In this document: piece by piece, positions 31,078 to 39,123 of the stretch
Numbering within the stretch: position 1 is the stretch's first letter
How the letters are laid out: every line of letters starts with the position of its first letter
From: a virus
Length of the DNA stretch: 39,123 nucleotides
IMG/VR virus record: IMGVR_UViG_3300045988_068423
Location: 1 to 39,123 of that record
Strand: one strand, 5' to 3'
Notes under the pieces: generated by a model
The model's database searches: none
What the model was told of the DNA's origin: nothing
What the model saw: only the letters and a program-made list of their open reading frames with translations
Translations under genes and position numbers: made by a program

Positions 31078-31147
31078 CAAGGACGGAAAACCAAATAGAA
31101 TGGACTACCGATTTTCCGGCAGTCCATTTTTTATTGCAGGAGGACAA

Positions 31148-32800
31148 ATGGATTATCGGAAGATTGCGGAAAGCATCAAAAACCGCATAAAGAAAACGCA
31201 TGACCGGGAAGCCTACAAGGATTTGCTGGCGTTGTGCATTGGGTACGAAGCGGAAGATTTTGCTGCGGCGCACCAGTTAAATTCCGAAGTCCGAAAGATG
31301 ACCTCCGAGGCACTTCGTAACGGAAACCCAAAAGATGCGGAGTATTTCTACACCCTACATAAGCAGGCCATGCTGTTTGACGCGCCGCATGATTTCGATA
31401 CCTTCCTGCTGTATGTGGAGATGGACAGAAAGCCGGAGAAGCGGTTTTATGCTCCACGCAGGCGGTATCTAAGACCTATTGTGCAGGGGTATCAAGATGT
31501 CCTTGACGGCAAATTGAGGCTGCTGACCATTTCGCTTCCGAAAAGAGCCGGGAAAAGCCAGCTGGGAATCAATTTTATCAACATGGTTTCCGGGAGAAAC
31601 CCGGATAAATCGTCCCTTATGGAAGGCACGGGCGATGATCTTGTGCGAAGCTTCTATAACGGCTGTCTGGAATATCTGCAAACGCCAAACGAGTATTTGT
31701 TCTACGATGTGTTCCCGGATGCTCCATTGGTGCAGACCAACGCAGACACGAAAATTATCAATCTGCGGTCTAAATCCAGATTCCCCACGGTCATGTGCCG
31801 GTCGATTGACGCACGGCAGGTTGGCTTGTCGGAGGCAACCAATGTCCTTTATTTAGATGACTGTGTGGAGGGCAGAGAGGAAGCGAAAAACCGTCAACGG
31901 CTGGATGATAAGTGGGAAGTAATTTCCGGCGATATTTTAGGCCGTGCCATCGAGGGTACGCCTATTGTGGCCACCGGGACGAGATACTCCCTATATGACC
32001 CAATAGGGCATTTACAGGAAGAAGCGCAAAAAGGCGGCTGGACATGGAAAGCCATTGAAATCCCCGCCCTTGACCCAATTACAGACGAAAGCAATTATGA
32101 GTATGAGCGGGAGGGTAAAAAGGTTTTTACCACCGCTTATTTCCGCGAGCAGAGAGAGCTTCTGAGCACGGAACAGTTTGAAAGCGAATTCCAGCAGCAG
32201 CCATTTGAAGCAAAAGGGCTGCTTTTCAATAAGTCGGAGCTGAACTATTTCTTTGAACTGCCGGTAGATCGTGACCCGGATGCAATCATTGCCGTGGCAG
32301 ACACCGCAGAAAGCGGGAAAGACAGCACGGCGATGCCCGTTGCGGCCTTATATGGAGAGGAAGTCTACATCGTGGATGTGGTGTACGATGATTCTCCCGC
32401 AGAGGTCACAAAGCCGGAATGCGCAAAGTGCCTGATTGACAACAAAGTGGGCGATGCACTGTTTGAATCCAACAACGCCGGTATGTATTTTGCGAGAGAT
32501 GTTGCAGAAATCGTCAAAAACGCCGGATTTAACACCAGCATACGGACAAAAAGGACGATTTCCAACAAGCAGACAAGAATTGAGTTTGCATCGGATGGAA
32601 TCAAGAAGAATTTTTACTTCAAGCATCCGTCCACATACAAGAGAGGGTGTCAATACTGGGGATTCATGCAGGAAGTGACCACCTATGTAAGAAGCGGCAA
32701 GGTGGCGCACGATGACGCGCCTGATTCCTTGTCGTTGCTGGAGAACGAAATCCGAAACCGCATCAGCGGCAAGATTGAGATATTCAAAAGACCGTTTTAA
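31148..32800 (+). CDS. terL: Terminase large subunit (headful/pac type likely)
   Basis: GCAGGAGG RBS. Walker A LPKRAGKS, Walker B-like LYLDD, and a C-terminal nuclease region. Confidence 0.9.
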   Translation: MDYRKIAESIKNRIKKTHDREAYKDLLALCIGYEAEDFAAAHQLNSEVRKMTSEALRNGNPKDAEYFYTLHKQAMLFDAPHDFDTFLLYVEMDRKPEKRFYAPRRRYLRPIVQGYQDVLDGKLRLLTISLPKRAGKSQLGINFINMVSGRNPDKSSLMEGTGDDLVRSFYNGCLEYLQTPNEYLFYDVFPDAPLVQTNADTKIINLRSKSRFPTVMCRSIDARQVGLSEATNVLYLDDCVEGREEAKNRQRLDDKWEVISGDILGRAIEGTPIVATGTRYSLYDPIGHLQEEAQKGGWTWKAIEIPALDPITDESNYEYEREGKKVFTTAYFREQRELLSTEQFESEFQQQPFEAKGLLFNKSELNYFFELPVDRDPDAIIAVADTAESGKDSTAMPVAALYGEEVYIVDVVYDDSPAEVTKPECAKCLIDNKVGDALFESNNAGMYFARDVAEIVKNAGFNTSIRTKRTISNKQTRIEFASDGIKKNFYFKHPSTYKRGCQYWGFMQEVTTYVRSGKVAHDDAPDSLSLLENEIRNRISGKIEIFKRPF

Positions 32801-32803
32801 GGG

Positions 32804-34261
32804 GTGACGCTATTGAGACAAATGTTTGGCAGAAAGGTCATTTATTCGGATGCTGCCGAGGTAAACGAGGGTAATATTGCAAATATCCTGCAAAAAGCAA
32901 TGGTTGTCCACGCCGCAAACCGGGCGGACATGGAATATTTATACAGGTACTATAAAGGCGACCAGCCTATCCTTGCGAGAGTAAAGGATGTGCGCCCGGA
33001 GATTAACAACAAGATTGTCGAAAACCGGGCAAACGAAATTGTGTCCTTTAAGGTTGGCTATTTGATGGGCGAACCTGTTCAGTATGTCAGCAGATCGGCC
33101 GATGAAAAAACCGCCGAGATGGTGACAAAACTGAACGATTATGTTTTGTCCGAGGACAAACCGGCAAAGGATAAGGAATTGGCGGATTGGTTCCACATCT
33201 GCGGAACGGCTTATCGCATGGTCATGCCGGACACACCGGAAGATGAAGATGAAGCCCCGTTTGAGATTTATACCCTTGACCCCCGGTTTTGCTTTGTGGT
33301 GTATTCCGTGCAGCTGGGAAATCCTCCCCTTATGGCGGTCAAGTATGTCAAGATGGAAGACGGGACAGTCGTTTTCAGCTGTTACACAAAAGACCACTTC
33401 TATGAAGTGACCGACACATGGAAGATTATTCGCAGTGAGCCGCAGATTTTGGGGATTCCCATTATTGAGTACCCGGCAAACCGTGCGAGACTTGGCGCGT
33501 TTGAAATTGTTCTGAATCTTCTGGATGCAATCAACAATGTGGAGTCCAACCGCATGGATGGCGTGGAGCAGTTCGTGCAGTCCTTGCTTTTGTTCCATAA
33601 TGTGCGCATATCCAAAGAAGAATATGCCAATCTGCGGCAGGACGGTGCGATTCAGTTTGAGGACATTGACCCGCAGAAGAAAGCGGAAATCAAAAACCTT
33701 GTCACGGAGCTGAACCAGACGCAGACACAGACCCTTGCGGACAATCTGTATAACACAGTGCTGACCATCTGCGGGATGCCCAACAGAAACGGAGGGTCTT
33801 CCACCTCTGACACCGGATCTGCAGTCATCATGCGTGACGGCTGGTCTGCGGCAGAAGCAAGAGCAAAGGATTCCGAGCTGGTGTTCAAGCGTTCCGAAAA
33901 AGAGTTTTTGAAAGTGCTTTTGCGGATTTGCAATGACTTGAGCGATTTGTCTTTGAAACTGTCTGCAATCGAGATCAGATTCACCCGGCGGAACTATGAG
34001 AACATTTCCGAAAAGGCAAATGTGCTGGTAACCATGCTGGGCAATGGAAAAATTGCGCCACAGCTTGCGTTTACGCATTGTGGCCTATTCAGCGATCCGC
34101 AGCTGGCATACAAGATGAGCATGGAATATGTCGAGGAAAACGGAGGGAACAATGGAATTAACGCTGGAGATGGTACGGGCGATCAACGAAATTCTCAGGA
34201 GCCGCAATCAAGCGGAGGTGAAAGTGGAGAACGGGAAGATCGTAGTAATCGAAGTGCGTAG
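32804..34261 (+). CDS. Portal protein (SPP1 gp6-like)
   Basis: 485 aa, directly after terL. Sequence pattern and acidic C-terminal tail fit a portal. The start is uncertain (GTG 32804 or ATG 32822). Confidence 0.85.
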   Translation: MTLLRQMFGRKVIYSDAAEVNEGNIANILQKAMVVHAANRADMEYLYRYYKGDQPILARVKDVRPEINNKIVENRANEIVSFKVGYLMGEPVQYVSRSADEKTAEMVTKLNDYVLSEDKPAKDKELADWFHICGTAYRMVMPDTPEDEDEAPFEIYTLDPRFCFVVYSVQLGNPPLMAVKYVKMEDGTVVFSCYTKDHFYEVTDTWKIIRSEPQILGIPIIEYPANRARLGAFEIVLNLLDAINNVESNRMDGVEQFVQSLLLFHNVRISKEEYANLRQDGAIQFEDIDPQKKAEIKNLVTELNQTQTQTLADNLYNTVLTICGMPNRNGGSSTSDTGSAVIMRDGWSAAEARAKDSELVFKRSEKEFLKVLLRICNDLSDLSLKLSAIEIRFTRRNYENISEKANVLVTMLGNGKIAPQLAFTHCGLFSDPQLAYKMSMEYVEENGGNNGINAGDGTGDQRNSQEPQSSGGESGEREDRSNRSA

Positions 34262-34309
34262 GAAAAAGAAATACTGAGTGGGTCTGGCAAGGGCTTGACC
34301 GACAGCCGA

Positions 34310-34343
34310 GGGGCTATCCGAAAGGATAGCCCCTTTATTTTTT
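34310..34343 (+). terminator. Rho-independent terminator after the portal gene
   Basis: GGGGCTATCC-GAAA-GGATAGCCCC hairpin followed by TTTATTTTTT. Confidence 0.8.
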
Positions 34344-34467
34344 CGATTTACCCGCCGTAAGGTGATAAATGGTCAGGGACGACCTAAAAACGCAAACGGG
34401 AGACAACCCGCAAAAACAGAGAATAGTGCTGAGTGAACAGCCTTGTTAAACGCAGGAGGTAATCAAA

Positions 34468-35040
34468 ATGGCAAAAATCGACACCAGCAGAATCGCCGGG
34501 TATGCGGACATGTCTTTGGAGGACAAGCTGAAAGCGCTGGAGGCGTTTGAGTATAACGATAACGCATCCGAGCTTGAAAAGCAGAAAGCGGCAGTTTCCA
34601 AGGCAAATTCCGAGGCCGCAGAGTGGAAAAGGAAACACAATGCTCTGTTGAGCGAGGACGAACAGAAGAAACAACAGCAGGCGGAGGACATTGCCGCTAT
34701 GCAGAAGGAGCTAAATGAGCTTCGCCGCGACAAGACTGTGTCGCAGTACACGGCCAAGTTCATTGCACAGGGCTATGACGAAAAGCTTGCTGCCGATACC
34801 GCCAAGGCAATGGCTGACGGCAACACTGATAAGGTGTTTGCCAACCAGCAGGTTTTTTTGGAGACATACGCAAAGCAGGTGAAAGCCAGCGCAATGCAAG
34901 GCACGCCCAAGCCCGCTTCCGGATCCGGATCGAATGGTGCAGACTTTTCCAAAAAAGCTGCCGATGCGCAAAGCACCGGCAATTTTGCGGAGGCGGCGTA
35001 CTATACTCGCCTAATGAATCAGGACAACAACACACAGTAA
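34468..35040 (+). CDS. Scaffolding protein
   Basis: GGAGGTAATCAAA RBS. 190 aa, helical, charged and Ala/Lys/Glu-rich. It lies between the portal and capsid genes. Confidence 0.75.
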   Translation: MAKIDTSRIAGYADMSLEDKLKALEAFEYNDNASELEKQKAAVSKANSEAAEWKRKHNALLSEDEQKKQQQAEDIAAMQKELNELRRDKTVSQYTAKFIAQGYDEKLAADTAKAMADGNTDKVFANQQVFLETYAKQVKASAMQGTPKPASGSGSNGADFSKKAADAQSTGNFAEAAYYTRLMNQDNNTQ

Positions 35041-35056
35041 AGGAGAATGAATTAAA

Positions 35057-36082
35057 ATGGCAGATACTTTTGCTACCAGCTTCGGAGTGCTGAATTACTC
35101 CGGTATGCTCTTCAACAAGGGCAACACCCGCACCCCTCTGTCTTCCATCATCGGAAGCCGGGCAAAAACCACCAACCATGTCGAGTTCGTCACAGGTCAG
35201 GAATACAGCTCTGCCGGCGGCGCCCAGCCCGCTATCAGCGAGACCGCGTCCCTGACTGCACCTGATGCAACCGTGGTGACCCGCACTCAGAAAACCAATG
35301 TCACGCAGATTTTTCAGGAGACCGTAGGTGTTTCCTACGCCAAGATGTCCAACATGGGCACTCTGTCCGGCGTGAATATCGAGAATCAGCAGGCAAACCC
35401 CATCAATGAACTGGATTTCCAGGTGGCCGCAAAGATTCAGAAGATCGCCCGGGATATGGAGTTCACCTTCATCCAGGGCGCATACAACAAGGCCGCGGAC
35501 GATTCCAAGATCAACAAGACCCGTGGCCTGACCACCGCCATTACAACCAATGTTACCGCTATGGCATCCAAGCCCCTGGGCCTGTGGGATGTAGCCGACA
35601 TGGTGAAGAAGATTTACGGAGCAAACGCCCCCACAAATGGCCTGGCGCTGTGGTGCGATGCCGTGACCATGTTCCAGATCAATGCGGATGCCGTGCAGAA
35701 CGGTCTTACCGTGGTTCCCGCCGCCCGTGAGATTAACGGTATCGCGCTGTCCAGCGTAATCACTCCCCTTGGCGTGGTTTATCTGTACCTGGGCGAGTGC
35801 CTGCCCGCCGGCACAGCACTGCTGCTGAATCTGGATGTTATCGCCCCTGTGTACCAGCCTGTTCCCGGCAAGGGCAACTTCTTCCTGGAGCAGCTGTCCA
35901 AGACCGGTGCTGGTGAAAAGTATCAGCTGTTCGGTCAGGTAGGTCTTGACCACGGCCCCGAATGGTATCATGGCAAGTTCACCGGTATTTCCACCGATTT
36001 CACTGCGCCCACCTACAGCCGCAGCGTGTTTATTGCCAATGACGCAAGCAATCCTGTAAACACCAAAGCTGTGACCGGCTGA
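35057..36082 (+). CDS. Major capsid protein (HK97-fold, SPP1 gp13-like)
   Basis: AAAGGAGAATGAATTAAA RBS. 341 aa with highly biased codon usage. It lies after the scaffold gene. Confidence 0.85.
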   Translation: MADTFATSFGVLNYSGMLFNKGNTRTPLSSIIGSRAKTTNHVEFVTGQEYSSAGGAQPAISETASLTAPDATVVTRTQKTNVTQIFQETVGVSYAKMSNMGTLSGVNIENQQANPINELDFQVAAKIQKIARDMEFTFIQGAYNKAADDSKINKTRGLTTAITTNVTAMASKPLGLWDVADMVKKIYGANAPTNGLALWCDAVTMFQINADAVQNGLTVVPAAREINGIALSSVITPLGVVYLYLGECLPAGTALLLNLDVIAPVYQPVPGKGNFFLEQLSKTGAGEKYQLFGQVGLDHGPEWYHGKFTGISTDFTAPTYSRSVFIANDASNPVNTKAVTG

Positions 36083-36100
36083 TAAAGGAGGGCGGGAAGT

Positions 36101-36412
36101 ATGACCGAAGCTGAAAAGACCGAGCTTTTAGCTACTATGACAGACCAGCAAGGTAGCGTGCTTTCCGCCTACCTTGCTATTGCTGGGGATAAAGTGCTGC
36201 GCAAACTATACCCGTTTGACGACACGATTAAAGAAGTCCCCGAACGGTATCACATGACCCAAGTGGAGATTGCCGCATATTTGCTGAACAAGCGCGGAGC
36301 AGAGGGCGAAACAGCGCACAGCGAGAATGGTATTTCCCGATCCTATGAGGACGGCGATGTTCCGTCCTCCCTTTTGCGCGACATTGTCCCTTATGCGGGG
36401 GTGGTGAAATGA
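36101..36412 (+). CDS. Head-tail connector (gp6/gp15-like)
   Basis: 103 aa. The N-terminal ...LLATMTD...LSAYLAIAGDKVLRKLYPF pattern is typical of phage connector proteins. Confidence 0.7.
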   Translation: MTEAEKTELLATMTDQQGSVLSAYLAIAGDKVLRKLYPFDDTIKEVPERYHMTQVEIAAYLLNKRGAEGETAHSENGISRSYEDGDVPSSLLRDIVPYAGVVK

Positions 36413-36780
36413 GATGTATGGATCGGAACAAGTCGGCGTTTTGGTATCTTCTGTATGACGGGAAAACTATGAATATGTCCGATGACGGCTACGAAACCGG
36501 GCAAATGTCCGTGAAATACAAGGACGCAGTGAAAATGCTGGCGAATATTTCCCCTGCATCCGGGGCGGCGCAAGTGGAGCAATTTGGGCAATTTGTTTCC
36601 TATGACAAGGTCATCGTCACGGATGACATGGATTGCCCCATTGCAGAAGATACCGTTTTGTTTGTGGACAAAAATCCGGAATATAAGGCCGGGAAACCGC
36701 TTTATGACTACATCGTAAAGCGCGTGGCCAAATCTCTGAATTCTATCTCTATTGCCATAAGCAAGGTGAATGTGTCGTGA
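36409..36780 (+). CDS. Head closure / head-tail adaptor protein (by synteny)
   Basis: ATGA-coupled. 123 aa. Confidence 0.6.
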   Translation: MRCMDRNKSAFWYLLYDGKTMNMSDDGYETGQMSVKYKDAVKMLANISPASGAAQVEQFGQFVSYDKVIVTDDMDCPIAEDTVLFVDKNPEYKAGKPLYDYIVKRVAKSLNSISIAISKVNVS

Positions 36781-37298
36781 AGCACAAGGTTGTTACCACC
36801 CTCTCTCCATCCGGCGTACAGCAGATGATCGATTCCGTTTGGGAGTACCGGGAATGGATAAAAAGCGGCTGCGCAAGGCTTTTGGAGCGCCTTACACAAG
36901 AGGGATACGAAGTGGCAAGCGCAGGCTTTGCGAGCGCTGAATATGACGGCACAAACGATGTAACCGTGTCTGTCGAAGATCGAGGAAAAATAAAGGCCGT
37001 TGTCGCCGTTGGCGGCACGGTCTTATTTATTGAATTTGGCACAGGCGTAACATACCCGGATAATCACCCGGAAGCAAGGGGCTTGGGAATGGCGCGCGGA
37101 GAATATGGCCAAGGACGCGGAAAACAATCCACATGGGGGTATTACGGAGAACCAGGTACAAACGGAACCGTTGTAGGAGAAAGAGCAAAGGGGACGCTTG
37201 TTCTTACACATGGTAATCCGGCCAATATGCCCATGTATAACGCCGTAAAAGAATTGGAGTTGCGGCTTGGAGAAATCGTAAAGGAGGTGTTCGGATGA
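36777..37298 (+). CDS. HK97 gp10-family tail-head joining protein
   Basis: GTGA-coupled. The IEFGTG...HP motif is typical of the gp10 family. Confidence 0.7.
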   Translation: MKHKVVTTLSPSGVQQMIDSVWEYREWIKSGCARLLERLTQEGYEVASAGFASAEYDGTNDVTVSVEDRGKIKAVVAVGGTVLFIEFGTGVTYPDNHPEARGLGMARGEYGQGRGKQSTWGYYGEPGTNGTVVGERAKGTLVLTHGNPANMPMYNAVKELELRLGEIVKEVFG

Positions 37299-37696
37299 TT
37301 GATGTGGAACGGATGATTTTTACCCCGATTGCAGAGGCCTTGCGAAAGAAGTTCAAGGGGATAGATGTTTCCGGGGCGTATATAAAATCTCCCCCCAAGT
37401 TCCCCCACGCAAGCATTGTGGAACAGGACAATTACACGACCACATCTAATCAGGACAGTTCCGGCGCCGAACGGTATGCAACCGTCATGTATGAGGTCAA
37501 TGTCTACTCCAACAAAACCGGCGAAAGCAAATCAGAGTGCCGCAGCATCCTGTCAGAAATCGACAAAATGCTGTATGCAATGAATTTCACACGCATTTCC
37601 ATGACACCCGTCCCGAACATGGACAGTGCGTCAATCTATCGCTTAGTGGCACGATACCGTGCCGAAACGGACGGAAACACACTTTTTAGGAGGTAA
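37295..37696 (+). CDS. Tail terminator / tail completion protein (by synteny)
   Basis: ATGA-coupled. 133 aa, immediately upstream of the major tail protein. Confidence 0.6.
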   Translation: MIDVERMIFTPIAEALRKKFKGIDVSGAYIKSPPKFPHASIVEQDNYTTTSNQDSSGAERYATVMYEVNVYSNKTGESKSECRSILSEIDKMLYAMNFTRISMTPVPNMDSASIYRLVARYRAETDGNTLFRR

Positions 37697-37699
37697 ATT

Positions 37700-38134
37700 A
37701 TGGCAATCAGTACCTATAAAATTTTCCTGATGCAGAAAAGCTCTCCCGGGACCACCTGGACAAAACTGGTGGACATCAAGGAGTTCCCTGACCTTGGCGG
37801 TGACCCCGAAATGCTGGAAACCACCACCCTGTCTGACAAGATGCAGACCTACATCGCCGGTATTCAGTCTATGGACGGCCTGAGTTTTACGGCAAACTAC
37901 ACACTGGCCGATTACAAGACTCTGAAAGCAAAAGAGGGTACGGAGGCGGATTATGCCGTGTGGTTTGGCGGAACAGAAGCCGGTGGCTCTGTTACCCCCA
38001 CCGGCTCTGACGGAAAGTTTTCCTTCAAGGGCCAGCTTTCCGTGTATCCCACAGGCGGCGGCGTAAACGAAGTGGTCGGAATGAATATCACCATCGCGCC
38101 CACCTCGGTCATCACTTTGGATGACGGCGAGTAA
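37700..38134 (+). CDS. Major tail protein
   Basis: AGGAGGTAAATT RBS. 144 aa. The ...KEFPDLGGDPEMLETTTLSD... pattern matches TP901-1/phi13-type tube proteins. Confidence 0.8.
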   Translation: MAISTYKIFLMQKSSPGTTWTKLVDIKEFPDLGGDPEMLETTTLSDKMQTYIAGIQSMDGLSFTANYTLADYKTLKAKEGTEADYAVWFGGTEAGGSVTPTGSDGKFSFKGQLSVYPTGGGVNEVVGMNITIAPTSVITLDDGE

Positions 38135-38143
38135 GGAGGAATT

Positions 38144-38470
38144 ATGGCAAAGACAATGACCATCGAGCACAACGATGCGAAATATGAGCTGGAATACACC
38201 AGAAAATCTGTGGAAATGATGGAGCGGCAGGGCTTCGAGATCGAGGAATTGCAGCGAAAGCCCATGACCTATCTGCCCGCCCTGTTTGCTGGCGCTTTTT
38301 TGGCGCATCACCGCTATGTAAAGCGTGCCGTTATCGACGAGATTTACGCCCAGCTGCCCAACAAAGGAGATATGCTGGGCAAGCTTGTGGAAATGTATAG
38401 CGAACCCATCGTAGCGCTCATGGATGATCCCGAATCCGAGGGAAACGCCAGCTGGACGGTGGACTGGTAA
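38144..38470 (+). CDS. Tail assembly chaperone (G)
   Basis: AAGGAGG RBS. 108 aa. A slippery heptamer lies near the 3' end. Confidence 0.8.
   Translation: MAKTMTIEHNDAKYELEYTRKSVEMMERQGFEIEELQRKPMTYLPALFAGAFLAHHRYVKRAVIDEIYAQLPNKGDMLGKLVEMYSEPIVALMDDPESEGNASWTVDW
38440..38446 (+). promoter_or_regulatory. -1 programmed frameshift slippery site G GGA AAC
   Basis: The X XXY YYZ heptamer sits in the zero frame of the chaperone gene. The -1 frame is open from here to 38793. Confidence 0.75.
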
Positions 38471-38793
38471 GCGAACCGCCGCCCGATAAAGAGGGGGGCA
38501 ATACCCCCCTCTACGCTTACACGGGAAAGTTCTATGAGGTTTTTCCTTATTACCTTGCAATAGGCATGACCTACGAGCAGTTCTGGGAAATGGATTGCGA
38601 GTTGGTAAAGTACTACCGCAAGGCAGCGAAAATCAAGCAGGACTTGGACAACCAGAACGCATGGCTACAGGGTGCGTATTTCTATGAAGCCTTGGCGGAT
38701 ATATCGCCTATTCTTCATGCGTTACGGAATTTCCAAAAACCAAGGCGTTGTGACGAATGCGATGGAATCCATGCTCAATGCGCTTTTGGATAG
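38446..38793 (+). CDS. Tail assembly chaperone T extension (GT fusion via -1 frameshift; Gp15-like)
   Basis: The -1 frame reads ...[12 protein letters not shown]...[52 protein letters not shown]. This is the expected position and pattern of the T/Gp15 segment. Confidence 0.7.
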   Translation, partial: RQLDGGLVSEPPPDKEGGNTPLYAYTGKFYEVFPYYLAIGMTYEQFWEMDCELVKYYRKAAKIKQDLDNQNAWLQGAYFYEALADISPILHALRNFQKPRRCDECDGIHAQCAFG

Positions 38794-38794
38794 A

Positions 38795-39123
38795 ATGGAA
38801 ACATTTTCCAATCGGTGCAGGGATGTGCTGAATTCTATGCTGTCCGATTATCGGAGTGCCATGTCCAGCGTTTCCGTATCTTCCTCCGGCAATGTGTCCT
38901 ATCGCCCTGTTTCGCGAATTAGAATCCCGCGTTTTGCATCCGGCGGCGTGGTTGACGAGGGACAGCTATTTATCGCGCGTGAATCTGGCCCCGAAATGGT
39001 TGGAAGAATGGGCAATCGTACCGCTGTCGCAAACAACGACCAAATCGTGGACGGCATTTCTGCGGGCGTGTATCGTGCGGTGCGCGAAGCAATGGGCAAT
39101 GGCTCAAAGGGACAGCCTATGAC
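38795..39123 (+). CDS. Tape measure protein, N-terminal part (continues at 2-241 after the circular junction); abnormally short
   Basis: ATG lies 2 nt after the T-segment stop. The frame is open to the window end. Total length across the junction is only about 142 codons. Confidence 0.6.
   Translation, partial: METFSNRCRDVLNSMLSDYRSAMSSVSVSSSGNVSYRPVSRIRIPRFASGGVVDEGQLFIARESGPEMVGRMGNRTAVANNDQIVDGISAGVYRAVREAMGNGSKGQPM
38983..39123. repeat. Terminal direct repeat, copy 2 (identical to 1-141)
   Basis: Exact match to the first 141 bases of the window. Confidence 0.95.

Noticed and set aside
32939-34078. 379-aa minus-strand ORF inside the portal gene
   Set aside because: It is an antisense shadow of the portal gene, with no RBS and low-complexity composition.
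34760-35971. 403-aa minus-strand ORF across the scaffold and capsid genes
   Set aside because: It is a shadow ORF opposite highly codon-biased structural genes, with Gly/Arg/His-rich nonsense composition and no start signals.

Overview
The window is one complete, circularly closed temperate siphovirus genome. Bases 1-141 are repeated exactly at 38983-39123, so the unit length is 38,982 bp. It is moderately GC-rich with Firmicutes-style AGGAGG ribosome-binding sites and many ATGA-coupled genes. Module order from position 1: tape-measure C-terminus, tail tip (Dit-like, Tal-like, fibre), lysis cassette (holin, amidase-SPOR endolysin), a terminator-insulated conversion cassette of cysteine-rich, membrane and beta-sandwich proteins, attP (3' half of a tRNA-Lys plus arm repeats) with a tyrosine integrase, and a divergent CI/Cro switch. 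Next come a recombination module (SSAP, YqaJ-like exonuclease, NinB-like, SSB), replication organiser and loader genes, and a DNA-modification/anti-restriction block (unusual C5-methyltransferase locus, PAPS-reductase-like PP-loop protein, RusA, DPPY methyltransferase, Lar). These are followed by many small Cys-rich ORFs, a late-regulator candidate, a ~720-nt ORF-free hairpin-dense RNA region, terS, a ~3.8-kb island, terL, portal, scaffold, capsid, connectors, tail tube and a G/GT chaperone with a GGGAAAC -1 slip site. Most interesting observations: (1) the candidate large ornate ncRNA with an embedded tRNA-like element that lacks an anticodon arm; (2) the C5-methyltransferase locus, which has permuted motif order, a 500-nt two-frame overlap with its own AGGAGG-ATG start, and a G8 tract at the frame junction; (3) the island between terS and terL, carrying a serine recombinase, face-to-face promoters, an operator half-site cluster, a CGACTTT iteron array and a T-depleted tract; (4) the conversion cassette next to attP; (5) a tape-measure gene reduced to about 140 codons. 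All functional calls rest on motif recognition and synteny read by eye; no searches were run.
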